A stretch of DNA of 64,000 bases from Tubulanus polymorphus. Its lineage: Eukaryota > Animalia > Nemertea. The stretch spans positions 14,237,024-14,301,023 of the forward strand of contig NC_134034.1 in assembly GCF_964204645.1 (NCBI RefSeq). The letters run 5' to 3'. The translations under genes and the position numbers were made by a program. Numbering within the stretch: position 1 is the first letter of the stretch; each line of letters opens with the position of its first letter. The notes under the pieces were generated by a model. That model was given only the letters and a program-made list of their open reading frames with translations, was not told the DNA's origin and searched no databases. This document shows positions 53,201-64,000 of the stretch, one piece after another.

Positions 53201-56200
53201 ACTGTCAGCAACTTGAATCGTGGAAATAAATCATATCGATATCCAAATTCTAACTGAACTTCTAGTCATTGACTAGTCAGTTATTGGTAGATTAAACTAG
53301 ATGAATAGTCACGGTTAGAGGAGAGGGTATGAGGAGAGGGTGAGAGGGTGAGAGAGGAGAGAGGGTGAGAGGAGAGGAGAGAGGGTGAGGAGAGAGGGTG
53401 AGAGGAGAGAGTGAGAGGAGTGAGAGAGGAGAGGAGAGAGAGGAGAGAGTGAGAGGAGTGAGAGAGGGTGAGAGAATGAGAGAGGGTGAGAGAGAGTGAG
53501 AGGAGTGAGTGAGAGAAGAGAGAGGGGAGAGAGAGGGGTTGTTTTTTACTTACTAGTCCCTTCAAAGCGTTGCGTCTAAAGAAAGCTTTACACGATTCGC
53601 ATGAAATAGCATCGAAATTATAACCTAGCGCCCGGTCTCCGCAAACACCGCAATATTTATCTTCTTTTAATTTACGAGCTCGTCCACCTTTACCGGTCTG
53701 ATTGGAATCATCGCTCTGATTGCCCGGCGCTCCGATATAACTATCCGATCCAGAACTACCCATAGAACCGGGCGAACTGACTAACGGTGGGTACCCGCCG
53801 GGCGTCGCTCGGATATGAGTACCGTTTGTAGTGATACCCAATCCTAACGGCGACATCTGACCTGCCATCATATTCACATCCATAGCTTCAGTTTTAATAT
53901 TGAGTGGAAATTGTAAATGACTCCTGATCGGTCGAATATCCTGAAAATAGAAATAGTTTATACTGAAGATTTGGCTGATCTCAACATTGATAAATGACTC
54001 CTGATCGGTCGAATATCCTGAAAATAGAAATAGTTTATACTGAAGATTTGGCTGATCTCAACATTGATATTAGCAATTCTAATCCATAACATCTACAGAG
54101 GGTTAGAATAGTGGCCCCAGTCCCAAATATGTATCATTCTTATCAGTCCTTCCCTACAGTACATGAGTAGAAGTGATCTGTTTATGACCCCCTCTACTCC
54201 CTCACCCCCTACACCCCCCTCCCCGATAGATACCATACATACTTTATAAATGGCCCCCGCAATATGATAGTTGTGGAAGGGATCATGAAGTCTTTATTCA
54301 GGAGGAGGAATTCAGCTGATATTGATGAGTATGAATGACACTAGTTTCAACTACAATGAATTCCACAGTTACAAGAGAGGAGAGAGAGGGAGAGAAGGGA
54401 GGAGAGGAGAGAGAGGAGAGAGAGAGGAGGGAGAGGAGAGAGAGGAGAGAGGGAAATGAAGAGTTATCCCAAAGTTTAAATTCCAGGTGAGAAGTTCAGC
54501 GACTGCCTGAATATTGTTATTATTATTAATAAATGGCCTTGACATTGTGTGGAGGAGTTAGATATAATACGGGGCTCGATACCAGTCACAATTTTTATTC
54601 AATCGCAGAAAAAACTCCATCAATAAATATTATTGTAGGCTATAATTGAAAGATGGAGGTATTTTCTGATGTGTGTGGTGGAGGGTTAGGGGTTTATACA
54701 TAGCCCACACACACAGACAGACTGACTCACTACTTCATGGTTCTAACCATCTGATACTGTGTGATAATACTCACAACCAGTAAAACTGACAACTGAATAC
54801 TCGAAATTCATATCTACAGTTTCAATTGATAATTGAAGAGTTGTTAATTGTGAAACTGGATATGTCATCGAAAATGACAATTAATTAAGTCAATTTTTCA
54901 GCGTTTTACAACATAGCCTTGAATTACCACATTCAGACATTCACTATTTGTGGTATGAACAGTAGATAAATAGCTGATAAAATGTTTTATTTTCAATTAA
55001 AAGTTTCTTAAGGTGAAGTTCTGAAAACAGGGTCCAGGATTTAGGCTGCAGGGGGTACAGGGTCCAGGATTTAGGTTGCACGGACACAGGGTCCAGAATC
55101 TAGGCTGCAGGGGGTACAGGGTCCAGAATCTTGGCTGCAGGGGGTACAGGGTCCAGGCAACAGATTGTCATGTAAATGTTGAATCGGGATCCAATGATTT
55201 AATTGGTGATAAAAAAATGAGCTCAGACACAATGTTTTTAATCTAAGTAACATCGACTGAGGTTTTTTTGCACAATTCTTACCTCTGCCTCGGCGGGACG
55301 TCCAAATTTCTGGCGATAACAATCAGACATATCAGCGCATGTTCCATTCATCATATCGGCGTGTTTATTAGTTAAAACAGGCGGACAATTCTCCAGTGAT
55401 AACGCAGCCAGTTGCATAAACTGTAAAATAAAATTAACACTTTATCACGCACAGAATTAATTAATTATCGGTAACAAAATCAACCAAACAAACACATGAT
55501 AAACTCTATGTAATTTGTAACATCAAAATTGCTCAATATCTTTGACACCCAGTTTCAGAAAGCTTGATTCTATTAATTAGCTTCTTTCATTCTTCCTGAA
55601 TGGGGGGGGGGGGGCGAGGGGGAGGAGGCAATAGTTAACAAACCGCTCATGGGGGGCAATAGTAAATAGTATATATCATTTCTGATATAAATTGAGAGTG
55701 ATTCAAAATTGAAGATCAACAAAAAAGATTCAGTTTCACTGAGATTTCCGCTGGAATGTTTAGTGGAGTTTTGCATACACTGATGACTGTGATGAGTTCT
55801 ATAATAGCACGAGATCCCTCGTAATGTTTTACAGTTTTTGATCGAGTAAATTATGTCAAGTTTAGTATTTCATCGATTCTGAGAAGGATTTTACATGCAG
55901 ATCGAAGTTTGTTCTTTCTTTTTTAAAACTAAATTTTTCATCAGTTTTTGTCGTCATATTTCAACCGCGATCTAATTCAGCCAATCAGAGACCAGCACTC
56001 CGGTGACCTATTTGTTTTTATCAGTCTGGTGAAGTTTTGTTGGGATTTTTGAAAATGTCAAATCTAACGACACTTTGTTGAACCTCGTCATAATTTTGCC
56101 GTGGGTTTGGTTGAAATTGTTCTTTTTATCAATAAATTGGTTTTGTCTAAATAGACAGCTACTGCTGTCTCTGAACAGACAGTTATTGCTGTCTCTAAAC

Positions 56201-57497
56201 AGACAGTTACTGCTGTCTCTGAACAGACAGTTACTGCTGTCTCTAAATAGACAATTACTGCTGTCTCTGAACAGACAGTTATTGTGAGCAAGGATTGTGG
56301 AACTTAATCCGGTTTGACAGTTTAGTGAGGATCCAGTTATAAACACTGCTCACATTATAAGTGAAACATTTCAGGATTCAGTTCCACAGTTCAGGTGGCA
56401 CCACTTTCCCCCATTCCATGTTTAAACACATAATTCGGTGAGTGAATCTGCATCGGGTGAATGGACAAATTTCAATCATGAATCAGGTATTGACGCGGTC
56501 AATAGCATTATCCAAACTGCCCGAGATTTCAGGGAGATTCTGGGTTTTCAGCCACCTTCCTCCTAAACACTAGATCAGGACTCACTCCTACAGTTCTTGG
56601 TTATGTTTGACTAGAGTTCATTTGAAATGTTTTTACTTTAAGAGTCCAATTTGATCGTGAAGCAAACTGAATTATACACGACATGTATTCGCTATATCGC
56701 GTTGTCAACACCTCATATAACAACGACTCAATGTAACTGGAAGTGATTTTGTTAATGTTTAGGAAGCTGGAAAGCTGGTTTATCTATCTCTGTATCGCTC
56801 ACGTACACCAGTAAGTCATTATCAGATAAGTACACTTAGCAGTATAACTGTTCTGTCACATCATACTCTGTGAGTATGTCTCATATATTCACTGTAATAC
56901 ACCGCGCCACATGGTGAAGGTTTTTACTAAAACTTTTGAGACTTTATTTTTTAACAAGAGGCAACATATACAAGTACAGCTGAACTATTATTCGGTTTGA
57001 AGTACGTAATACTTTTAAATGACATTGAATATTCATTCTACAAGTACATTTCAACCATGAGTTTTTTTAAACCATGACCTAATTCAACGATGCAAGGCTA
57101 TATCACGAGGGAGTGAGGAACTTGAGTAAGAAAAAAAGTTTCTTCGATCATAGCTCTAATATTGGTTTAGTGACCAAGTAGCAAAGATAGATACCAGATT
57201 CAGAGATAGAGTGAGGAGTGATGATGCAAGGGAGAGAGAGAGAATGTGAGGGGATAGAGTGAGGAGCGAGGGGAGAGTGAGAGTGAGAGGAGAGCGGAGA
57301 GGTGTGAGGAGAGAGGGCAGAGGGAAAGGAATGAGAGTGAGAGAGGAGAGTGAGAGGAAGGGAAGTAATAGTGGGATGAAAAGGTAAAGTGGGAGAATGA
57401 TGAGAGGAAAGAGAAGAGAGCAGATAGGGTAAGGGGAGGAGATGAGAGAAGAGGAGAGAGAGGAGAAGATACGTACTGGACTTACACCGTTCATCAT
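47240..57497 (-). CDS. Hr96: Nuclear hormone receptor HR96-like (NR1J), ~455-463 aa
   Basis: Exons 57497-57486 (MMNG), 53940-53554, 52947-52781 (or 52757) and 48041-47240 join in phase. [30 protein letters not shown] with the CESCKA P-box typical of HR96/DAF-12, second finger [27 protein letters not shown] signature [25 protein letters not shown]2-like PLMIELL. Confidence 0.92.
48208..48748. repeat. 21-bp intronic minisatellite (GACTGACCGGTGTACAGGTTT), ~26 copies
   Basis: Tandem copies in the last HR96 intron. Confidence 0.95.
50639..50653 (-). promoter_or_regulatory. CTCF-like motif
   Basis: CCACTAGATGGCGCC matches the CTCF core CCASYAGRKGGCRS. Motif match only. Confidence 0.45.
52518..52710. 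repeat. 7-bp degenerate repeat (GTGAGTT/GTAAGTA)
   Basis: Low-complexity tandem tract in an HR96 intron. Confidence 0.85.
53914..54069. repeat. 77-bp tandem duplication spanning the HR96 exon acceptor
   Basis: 53914-53990 is repeated exactly at 53991-54067 and includes TTTTCAG|GATATT on the minus strand. Confidence 0.95.
55028..55156. repeat. ~30-bp minisatellite, ~4 copies
   Basis: ACAGGGTCCAGGATTTAGGCTGCAGGGGGT repeated. Confidence 0.85.
56143..56283. repeat. 27-bp minisatellite, ~5 copies
   Basis: TGCTGTCTCTGAACAGACAGTTAC-type units. Confidence 0.85.
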
Positions 57498-57936
57498 TTT
57501 GAGTATTTGTTTGTTGGTTTCGGTGCCGTTGAAAATAAAAATCCAGACAAATATCAGTAGAGTTTATTGCAGCGAGTCTCGAGTTGAATTAAATAATACC
57601 TGAAAATAGAAACAAAAACATCGTCATCATCATTATCATCATCGCCAGTGAATTAAATAGAAATGAATGTGAGAGATTGTGACACAGTTTGCGTGGGAAA
57701 TAAAACAGCTGAATTCAACTATCATTAACCGTATTTCAGTTAAAATAACTTGTTTTTATCCGACGACAAGATTTCAGTATCAATTCATGTAAAATCCACA
57801 AGTGGTATTTAATCACTGATAGCAGATCATTTGTCATAGTTCACAGTTATCTACCACTCAACCCGCGATCAGTTAGACATGTTCACTTTATCTATACATG
57901 ACTCCCGTTTATCAGGATTCACAAAAACTGCAATTC

Positions 57937-58748
57937 AGATCTGACTTGAGCGGAGTCTACTGTACCATCCAACTCAGATATCACTCTTCAAGTCAAAAGA
58001 TCTGACTTGAGCGGAGTCTACTGTACCATCCAACTCAGATATCACTCTCAAGTCAAAAGATCAGACTTGAGCGGAGTCTACTGTATCATCCAACTCAGAT
58101 ATCACTCTCGAGTCAAAAGATCAGACTTGAGCGGAGTCTACTGTATCATCCAACTCAGATATCACTCTCGAGTCAAAAGATCACACTTGAGCGGAGTCTA
58201 CTGTACCATCCAACTCAGATATCACTCTCAAGTCAAAAGATCAGACTTGAGCGGAGTCTACTGTACCATCCAACTCAGATATCACTCTTCAAGTCAAAAG
58301 ATCAGACTTGAGCGGAGTCTACTGTATCATCCAACTCAGATATCACTCTCAAGTCAAAAGATCAGACTTGAGCGGAGTCTACTGTACCATCCAACTCAGA
58401 TATCACTCTCAAGTCAAAAGATCAGACTTGAGCGGAGTCTACTGTATCATCCAACTCAGATATCACTCTCAAGTCAAAAGATCAGACTTGAGCAGAGTCT
58501 ACTGTACCATCCAACTCAGATATCACTCTTCAAGTCAAAAGATCCGACTTGAGCGGAGTCTACTGTACCATCCAACTCAGATATCACTCTCGAGTCAAAA
58601 GATCAGACTTGAGCAGAGTCTACTGTATCATCCAACTCAGATATCACTCTCCAGTCAAAAGATCAGACTTGAGCGTAGTCTGCTGTACCATCCAACTCAG
58701 ATATCGCTCTCAAGTCAAGAGATCAGACTTGATACGGAGTCTACTGTC
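57937..58748. repeat. 60/61-bp satellite, ~13 copies, derived from a MITE end
   Basis: Unit GACTTGAGCGGAGTCTACTGTACCATCCAACTCAGATATCACTCTCAAGTCAAAAGATCA; its reverse complement aligns with 2331-2391. Confidence 0.95.
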
Positions 58749-59076
58749 ATTGTAACCTAATCAAACTGGTGTTGGCCTCGTAAAAAGACAAATCTAATCA
58801 CTGTGGGCTTCAGTTCCTGCGATTAGGACAGAAACAACAATAACCAATTAATACCATTTGAAAAACATCTGTGTGCAGTAATGTATATGCATGTATCACA
58901 GTTTGAAAGTAGATCAGTCAATATTGTGTATGTATTATTTGATATGAGATGCTTAGAAATGTCATTCACCATTTATGTAATAAGTTCAATATATTGATTT
59001 TCAATGGATGTAGAAAAAAAACGATAATACTGCGAATATGTGATGAATATCATTTATTACAACGATATCATTTCAC

Positions 59077-59258
59077 ACACGTACGCGGAGTCACGGTGAT
59101 CTACACGTACGCGGAGTCACGGTGATCTACACGTACGCGGAGTCACAGTGATCTACACGTACGCGGAGTCACAGTGATCTACACGTACGCGGAGTCACAG
59201 TGATCTACACGTACGCGGAGTCACGGTGATCTACAAGTACGCGGAGTCACAGTGATCT
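59077..59258. repeat. 26-bp minisatellite (ACACGTACGCGGAGTCACRGTGATCT), ~7 copies
   Basis: Tandem copies visible. Confidence 0.95.
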
Positions 59259-60143
59259 AAACCTCGTTTCTGGAAAACAGGACACAGTTCTATTTACTGT
59301 TCAGAGTTAACATTGAAATAATTGAGAACGAATTAATCTTATACAATTATTACGAGAGGAATAGACTTATTTCAAAATATTCACAGGTCTGTGTCTATTT
59401 AACTGAGCACACCTTCAAACTACATCACGTGGACCAAGTGTAAACATTAGTGAAAAGTCCATTCTAAATCGGTCCATTCCATTTGCTACCAGTTCAGACT
59501 GCTCAAACAGACCGATACTGATCCCATTTCTCTGCGAGTGAATAGAAACTTTAATGTAATCAATTACCTTTCAATCAGTGTTGTGTCTAGCTGGACCAAT
59601 GATAACAGCATAGATTTGGTCCATTTTTAATCGGTCCGTTCCAGGTACGGGCCAAATTAAAAAGAACCAACTTGTGATAGAGCGACATAGAGTGAACACA
59701 ACTCTAGTTCTAGTTGTAAGTGGATTTTAACTGTTTATAGTCAACTAATTGAACGACTATTGAGGGAAGAAACTTAACCAATAACTAGGCTCCCGATAAT
59801 AAGGCTCCCGAGTGCCTAGAATTTATAAACTGATCATAAAGTACATGGCGAAAAAAAAATTCAGTCGTGAAAGCTGCGTGTCCTTTAATTCTAAACGAGT
59901 CAGCGATAATTTGAATATCTAGTTTAAAAAAAAAAACTCAGTTCATAAAATTCAAACAGCAGCACGATATATATGAGTTGATGAACACGAGTATATATAT
60001 ATATATATATATATATGTTCATGAATAATGAATAACTATTGAATGGTATAATGCAACTTGATCTAATACTGCAATAAAGTATGAGCTCCAGTAGAGCAGT
60101 AGTATTCAACCAGACAGACAGACAGATATTTCACTACTGACTA

Positions 60144-60175
<32 letters not shown>

Positions 60176-60930
60176 ATGAATGAGTGACTGATGAGTAAAG
60201 GGCGTGGTACCTCTCTTCCTCCCTCTCTCTTCTTCGCTACTCTTCACAAAGACCTACTAACTAACGTATAAAAAAATACTAATCGATGAAACATCAATAA
60301 TCAATGAATCAATACGTGATGGGAGGCAGACAAACTCGTCATAGATATATAATATATATATATACATCAAACACTAAATCATCACGATTATCTCCTTTTA
60401 CAAGATCTAAAAATTCAAACTAGAATAAATCTGGGTCCTGCATCCATTAGGTCTCGTAGCCCCGAAAAAAATACCGGGCCTCGGTATTAAAATCACAAGA
60501 AAGAATTATCCAGAACACAAAAGAATCGCTTTTCAAAGCCTTGAAAATATAATTAATAATTTCTAAAACTTCTCCGGGACTAGTATGAGCCTTCGGAGTT
60601 CTCATGAGGGTCGGATAATTCTTTACCCTCGTGGTCAGATACAGCAGCAGCAGCAGCAGCAGCCGGAGCCGGAGTTGCGGAGAGAGAGAGATGGAGAAAA
60701 GCTCGGTGAGTTTGTGACATGTGTAAATGATTGTGAAGTGTATCTCAGACGTCACAGTTTGTCCTGACTTTATATGACAGCATAAATTACATGGTTGTAG
60801 TGAAGTGTTCTTCACTGCCACATAACCACTTCACTACCAACATTTATAGCTATTACATATTATTCCACCATCAGTCGCGCTTATATTAATTTCTTCTCAA
60901 GACGTGTACTAGCCTGTTTTATTATTCATG

Positions 60931-61301
60931 ATACTCCGTCAGTCCGTACCAGTCCGTACCGCTGACACTACTCCGTCAGTCCGTACCGCTGACACTACTC
61001 CGTCAGTCCGTACCGCTGACACTACTCCGTCAGTCCGTACCGCTGACACTACTCCGCCAGTCCGTACCGCTGACACTACTCCGTCAGTCCGTACCGCTGA
61101 CACTACTCCGTCAGTCCGTACCGCTGACACTACTCCGTCAGTCCGTACCGCTGACACTACTCCGTCAGTCCGTACCGCTGACACTACTCCGCCAGTCCGT
61201 ACCGCTGACACTACTCCGTCAGTCCGTACCGCTGACACTACTCCGTCAGTCCGTACCGCTGACACTACTCCGTCAGTCTGTACCGCTGACACTACTCCGT
61301 C
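60931..61301. repeat. 27-bp minisatellite (CAGTCCGTACCGCTGACACTACTCCGT), ~13 copies
   Basis: Tandem copies; source of repetitive ORFs on both strands. Confidence 0.95.
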
Positions 61302-61506
61302 AAGCCACATTCAAATGACGTTATTATAAGATAGTTTTAATGTAGTCAGTTCCAATATAAAACAGACCAAGCATTCACACCTATGGTCCATTCCGTTCCA
61401 GGTACTGATATTATTATTGTCACTTTAACTATAGAATTTATTCCAAAATTCCTCCCAAAACGAGATAAGAAACTTCAACAATGGGAAACCGGCAACACCA
61501 GCTACC

Positions 61507-61645
61507 CCACCAGATGGCGTGATGAGCATTCTATTGGGTTTTCATTAATAGTTGATCCGTTTAATAAAAATTTCATTCGATTTTAATTGAAATGTAGAAG
61601 AATTTGAACGCGGAAAACCGAGTTACAACTAGCGACACCTGGTGG
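61507..61645. promoter_or_regulatory. Convergent pair of CTCF-like motifs
   Basis: CCACCAGATGGCGT (+, 61507-61520) and CCACCAGGTGTCGCT (-, 61645-61631). Motif match only. Confidence 0.45.
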
Positions 61646-62523
61646 ATCCTCACCTGCCACAGTAGCGCTGCGGATTCCCCCATTGCAGGATTTAGATTTC
61701 TGGTAAAAAACAGTTCTACTTACTGTATATATACATATATATATATATATATACTTCTACTAAACGTCTACATGTTGACAGTCAGTCTTCTGAAACCTAT
61801 AAATATAAATATGATTATTAGAGATATGTACGAAATTCCCGAATTTATTTCCCTGATGACTCTCCCTGATTAAACTATAAGATATCCTCGTCGAGGGCTG
61901 TATCTTAACGAGAGGTTCCTCGGGTCACTCGTCACCAGCGAGAAAAAACAAGACACCAAAAATACAAATTCTCTGATTTTCAAGAAAATTGTCAAAATTC
62001 CCTGATTTTTGTTGCTGGAGAAATAAATAAAGAATTCGCCGATTTGCCAGAGATCAGATTTGCCAGAGATCAGTACGGAACCCGTTAAAACAAAAGTGTA
62101 TTGCGTTGATTTGGCTTCTGAAGGAAAAAAACAAAATGTGTGTCGTATTATGTGAAACCTGAAGGCTTCAACTGATAAAAACAACAAGAATCACCGGCAA
62201 ACATTACCATATCAAACAAACTTTTTATCTGCTGCAGATTAAAAATCATTGCTCTATTATTCAATTGTGAATTATCTTTGAGAAAGCCTGAAGCCGAGTA
62301 CAGATTGAAACACTCCCCAGACTCCAACCCCCCCAAACGCCTCCGGAGCCAGATTAACAGTTCTTATCAAGCACGACCTGTAGTCTCACTCTAGTTCACT
62401 GTTTTAACCAGTAAACATTTTAAAAATGGTTGCTATGAATATGATTTACGGAACGCTATATTTACTGATACAATTTCAACTCAAATGTCACGATTCCTTA
62501 AATACACCAGCTAGTCTCTTCCT

Positions 62524-62756
62524 CAGGTCAGTGGCGCCATCCTGAGGGCAGCACCTGAGTTATCCAGGTCAGTGGTGCCATCCTGGTAGCTAGAGGGCAG
62601 CACCTGAGTTATCCAGGTCAGTGGCGCCATCCTGGTATCTAGAGGGCAGCACCTGAGTTATCCAGGTCAGTGGCGCCATCCTGGTATCTAGAGGGCAGCA
62701 CCTGAGTTATCCAGGTCAGTGGCGCCATCCTGGTATCTAGAGGGCAGCACCTGAGT
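62524..62756. repeat. 49-bp minisatellite, ~5 copies
   Basis: CCAGGTCAGTGGCGCCATCCTGGTATCTAGAGGGCAGCACCTGAGTTAT repeated. Confidence 0.93.
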
Positions 62757-64000
62757 CGGGATAATGGTTCAATAACATATGAATAAAGTTTTATAGATCT
62801 CGTATCTAGACCCCCACCCCCCTCCTGGTGTATAGAAAAAAAAGAATTTGCGTCATCTGGAGAACTAGACCCAAAACAGCTGCCTCAGTTTGTAAAATAC
62901 TTCACCAGAGACTGAAATTATTGATTATGAATTAAAAAGTCTGCATTTATCATAACCTGAAACTACGACACATTGAAAGTCAACATCTCCTTATGATAAT
63001 TCATTATTCAAGGGAGGGTTGGATGTAAAAATGTAGGCTGATAAGATTTTTCATTGGAAACAACCACAGTTCAGGACCCTGTTCCAGAGTTCAGGACTCA
63101 GTTCCACAGTTCAGGACCCAGTTCCACAGTTCAGGTCCTTGTCCGACAATTGTAAATATTTGACTCAGCTGTTAGAATATTTACGTCGGTTTAAATCAAA
63201 CTTCATTTTCAACTTGGTGTTGATTATTTTATCAGAAATAAAGAATTAAAGTGTTGCGCAATTTCACCCTCAGTTATCTGTATATCTGTACACATACGCC
63301 TCGGTTCGTAATGAAGAAAAAAAGACCATTCAAAATATCGTCGATCCGAAATAACTGAGAGAACAAACATTTGCATATCTATTTGATACAAGCATTATGA
63401 AGTAGTAATACTTGAGCCGATATACTGACGAATCAGAGTCAACTCTTACAGAGACGTAGAGACAGAGAGAGGAGAGAGAGGAGAGAGAGGAGAGGACAGC
63501 GCAATATTAGTCGTTTTACAAGTGCCCATACATTACCATCAAGTATTCCATCTCTTGGAATATATACATCCATATAAAATATCAGACCAAGTTTTCATTT
63601 CCTGAAACTGGATTCTTTCAAACGATATCCCTGGCTTTACGAACTTACGAGCAGCAATTATTCCTCGAGTTGAATTAACTCAAACAGTTATAAACGGTGT
63701 AAGTGACTGGTCTTCAGTTAGTGACCGAGATGATCTTAGACCTGGTCTAAGTTGTTGAATCGGTAATGCAACCAAAATAAGCTCAGACCGGTATTGAATG
63801 TAAGTCTTTAAACTGTGTATATAAACTATAAAACTGTAAGATGCGTTCATACACGATACATTACACTAACTATATTACACCTTTTATAACTACATCAACA
63901 GAATTCTTAACAATTCTTGAACCAGTTTATACATTCATACCATAAATCTCATTGTCATTCGAGAACCTCTATGGGGTAGGGGGGTATAGGGGGTGGTAGG

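Overview
AT-rich animal genomic DNA, probably an invertebrate bilaterian (spiralian is my inference), with spliceosomal introns. I could assemble four intact multi-exon genes by hand: SMYD5 (+), NELFA (-), a Mondo/ChREBP-Mlx-family bHLH-Zip gene (+) that has a U12-type intron but no recognisable N-terminal Mondo conserved regions, and an HR96/NR1J nuclear receptor (-). The window also holds a tRNA-Asn(GTT) gene head-to-head with NELFA, a C2H2 zinc-finger pseudogene broken by a frameshift and an L2/CR1-type LINE, a BEL/Pao retrotransposon remnant, several MITEs and many minisatellites. The most unusual object is a 16.8-kb composite array (23232-40073). In it, 25 copies of a 178-nt near-perfect hairpin (71-bp arms, 36-nt loop, five cycling variants) are interleaved with runs of a ~72-bp tRNA-like monomer carrying a Pol III B-box. 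A diverged orphan hairpin at 41796-41930 keeps its stem through compensatory changes and G:U pairs, which suggests a structured-RNA (hpRNA/endo-siRNA-like) locus. All coordinates were read manually and no searches were run.
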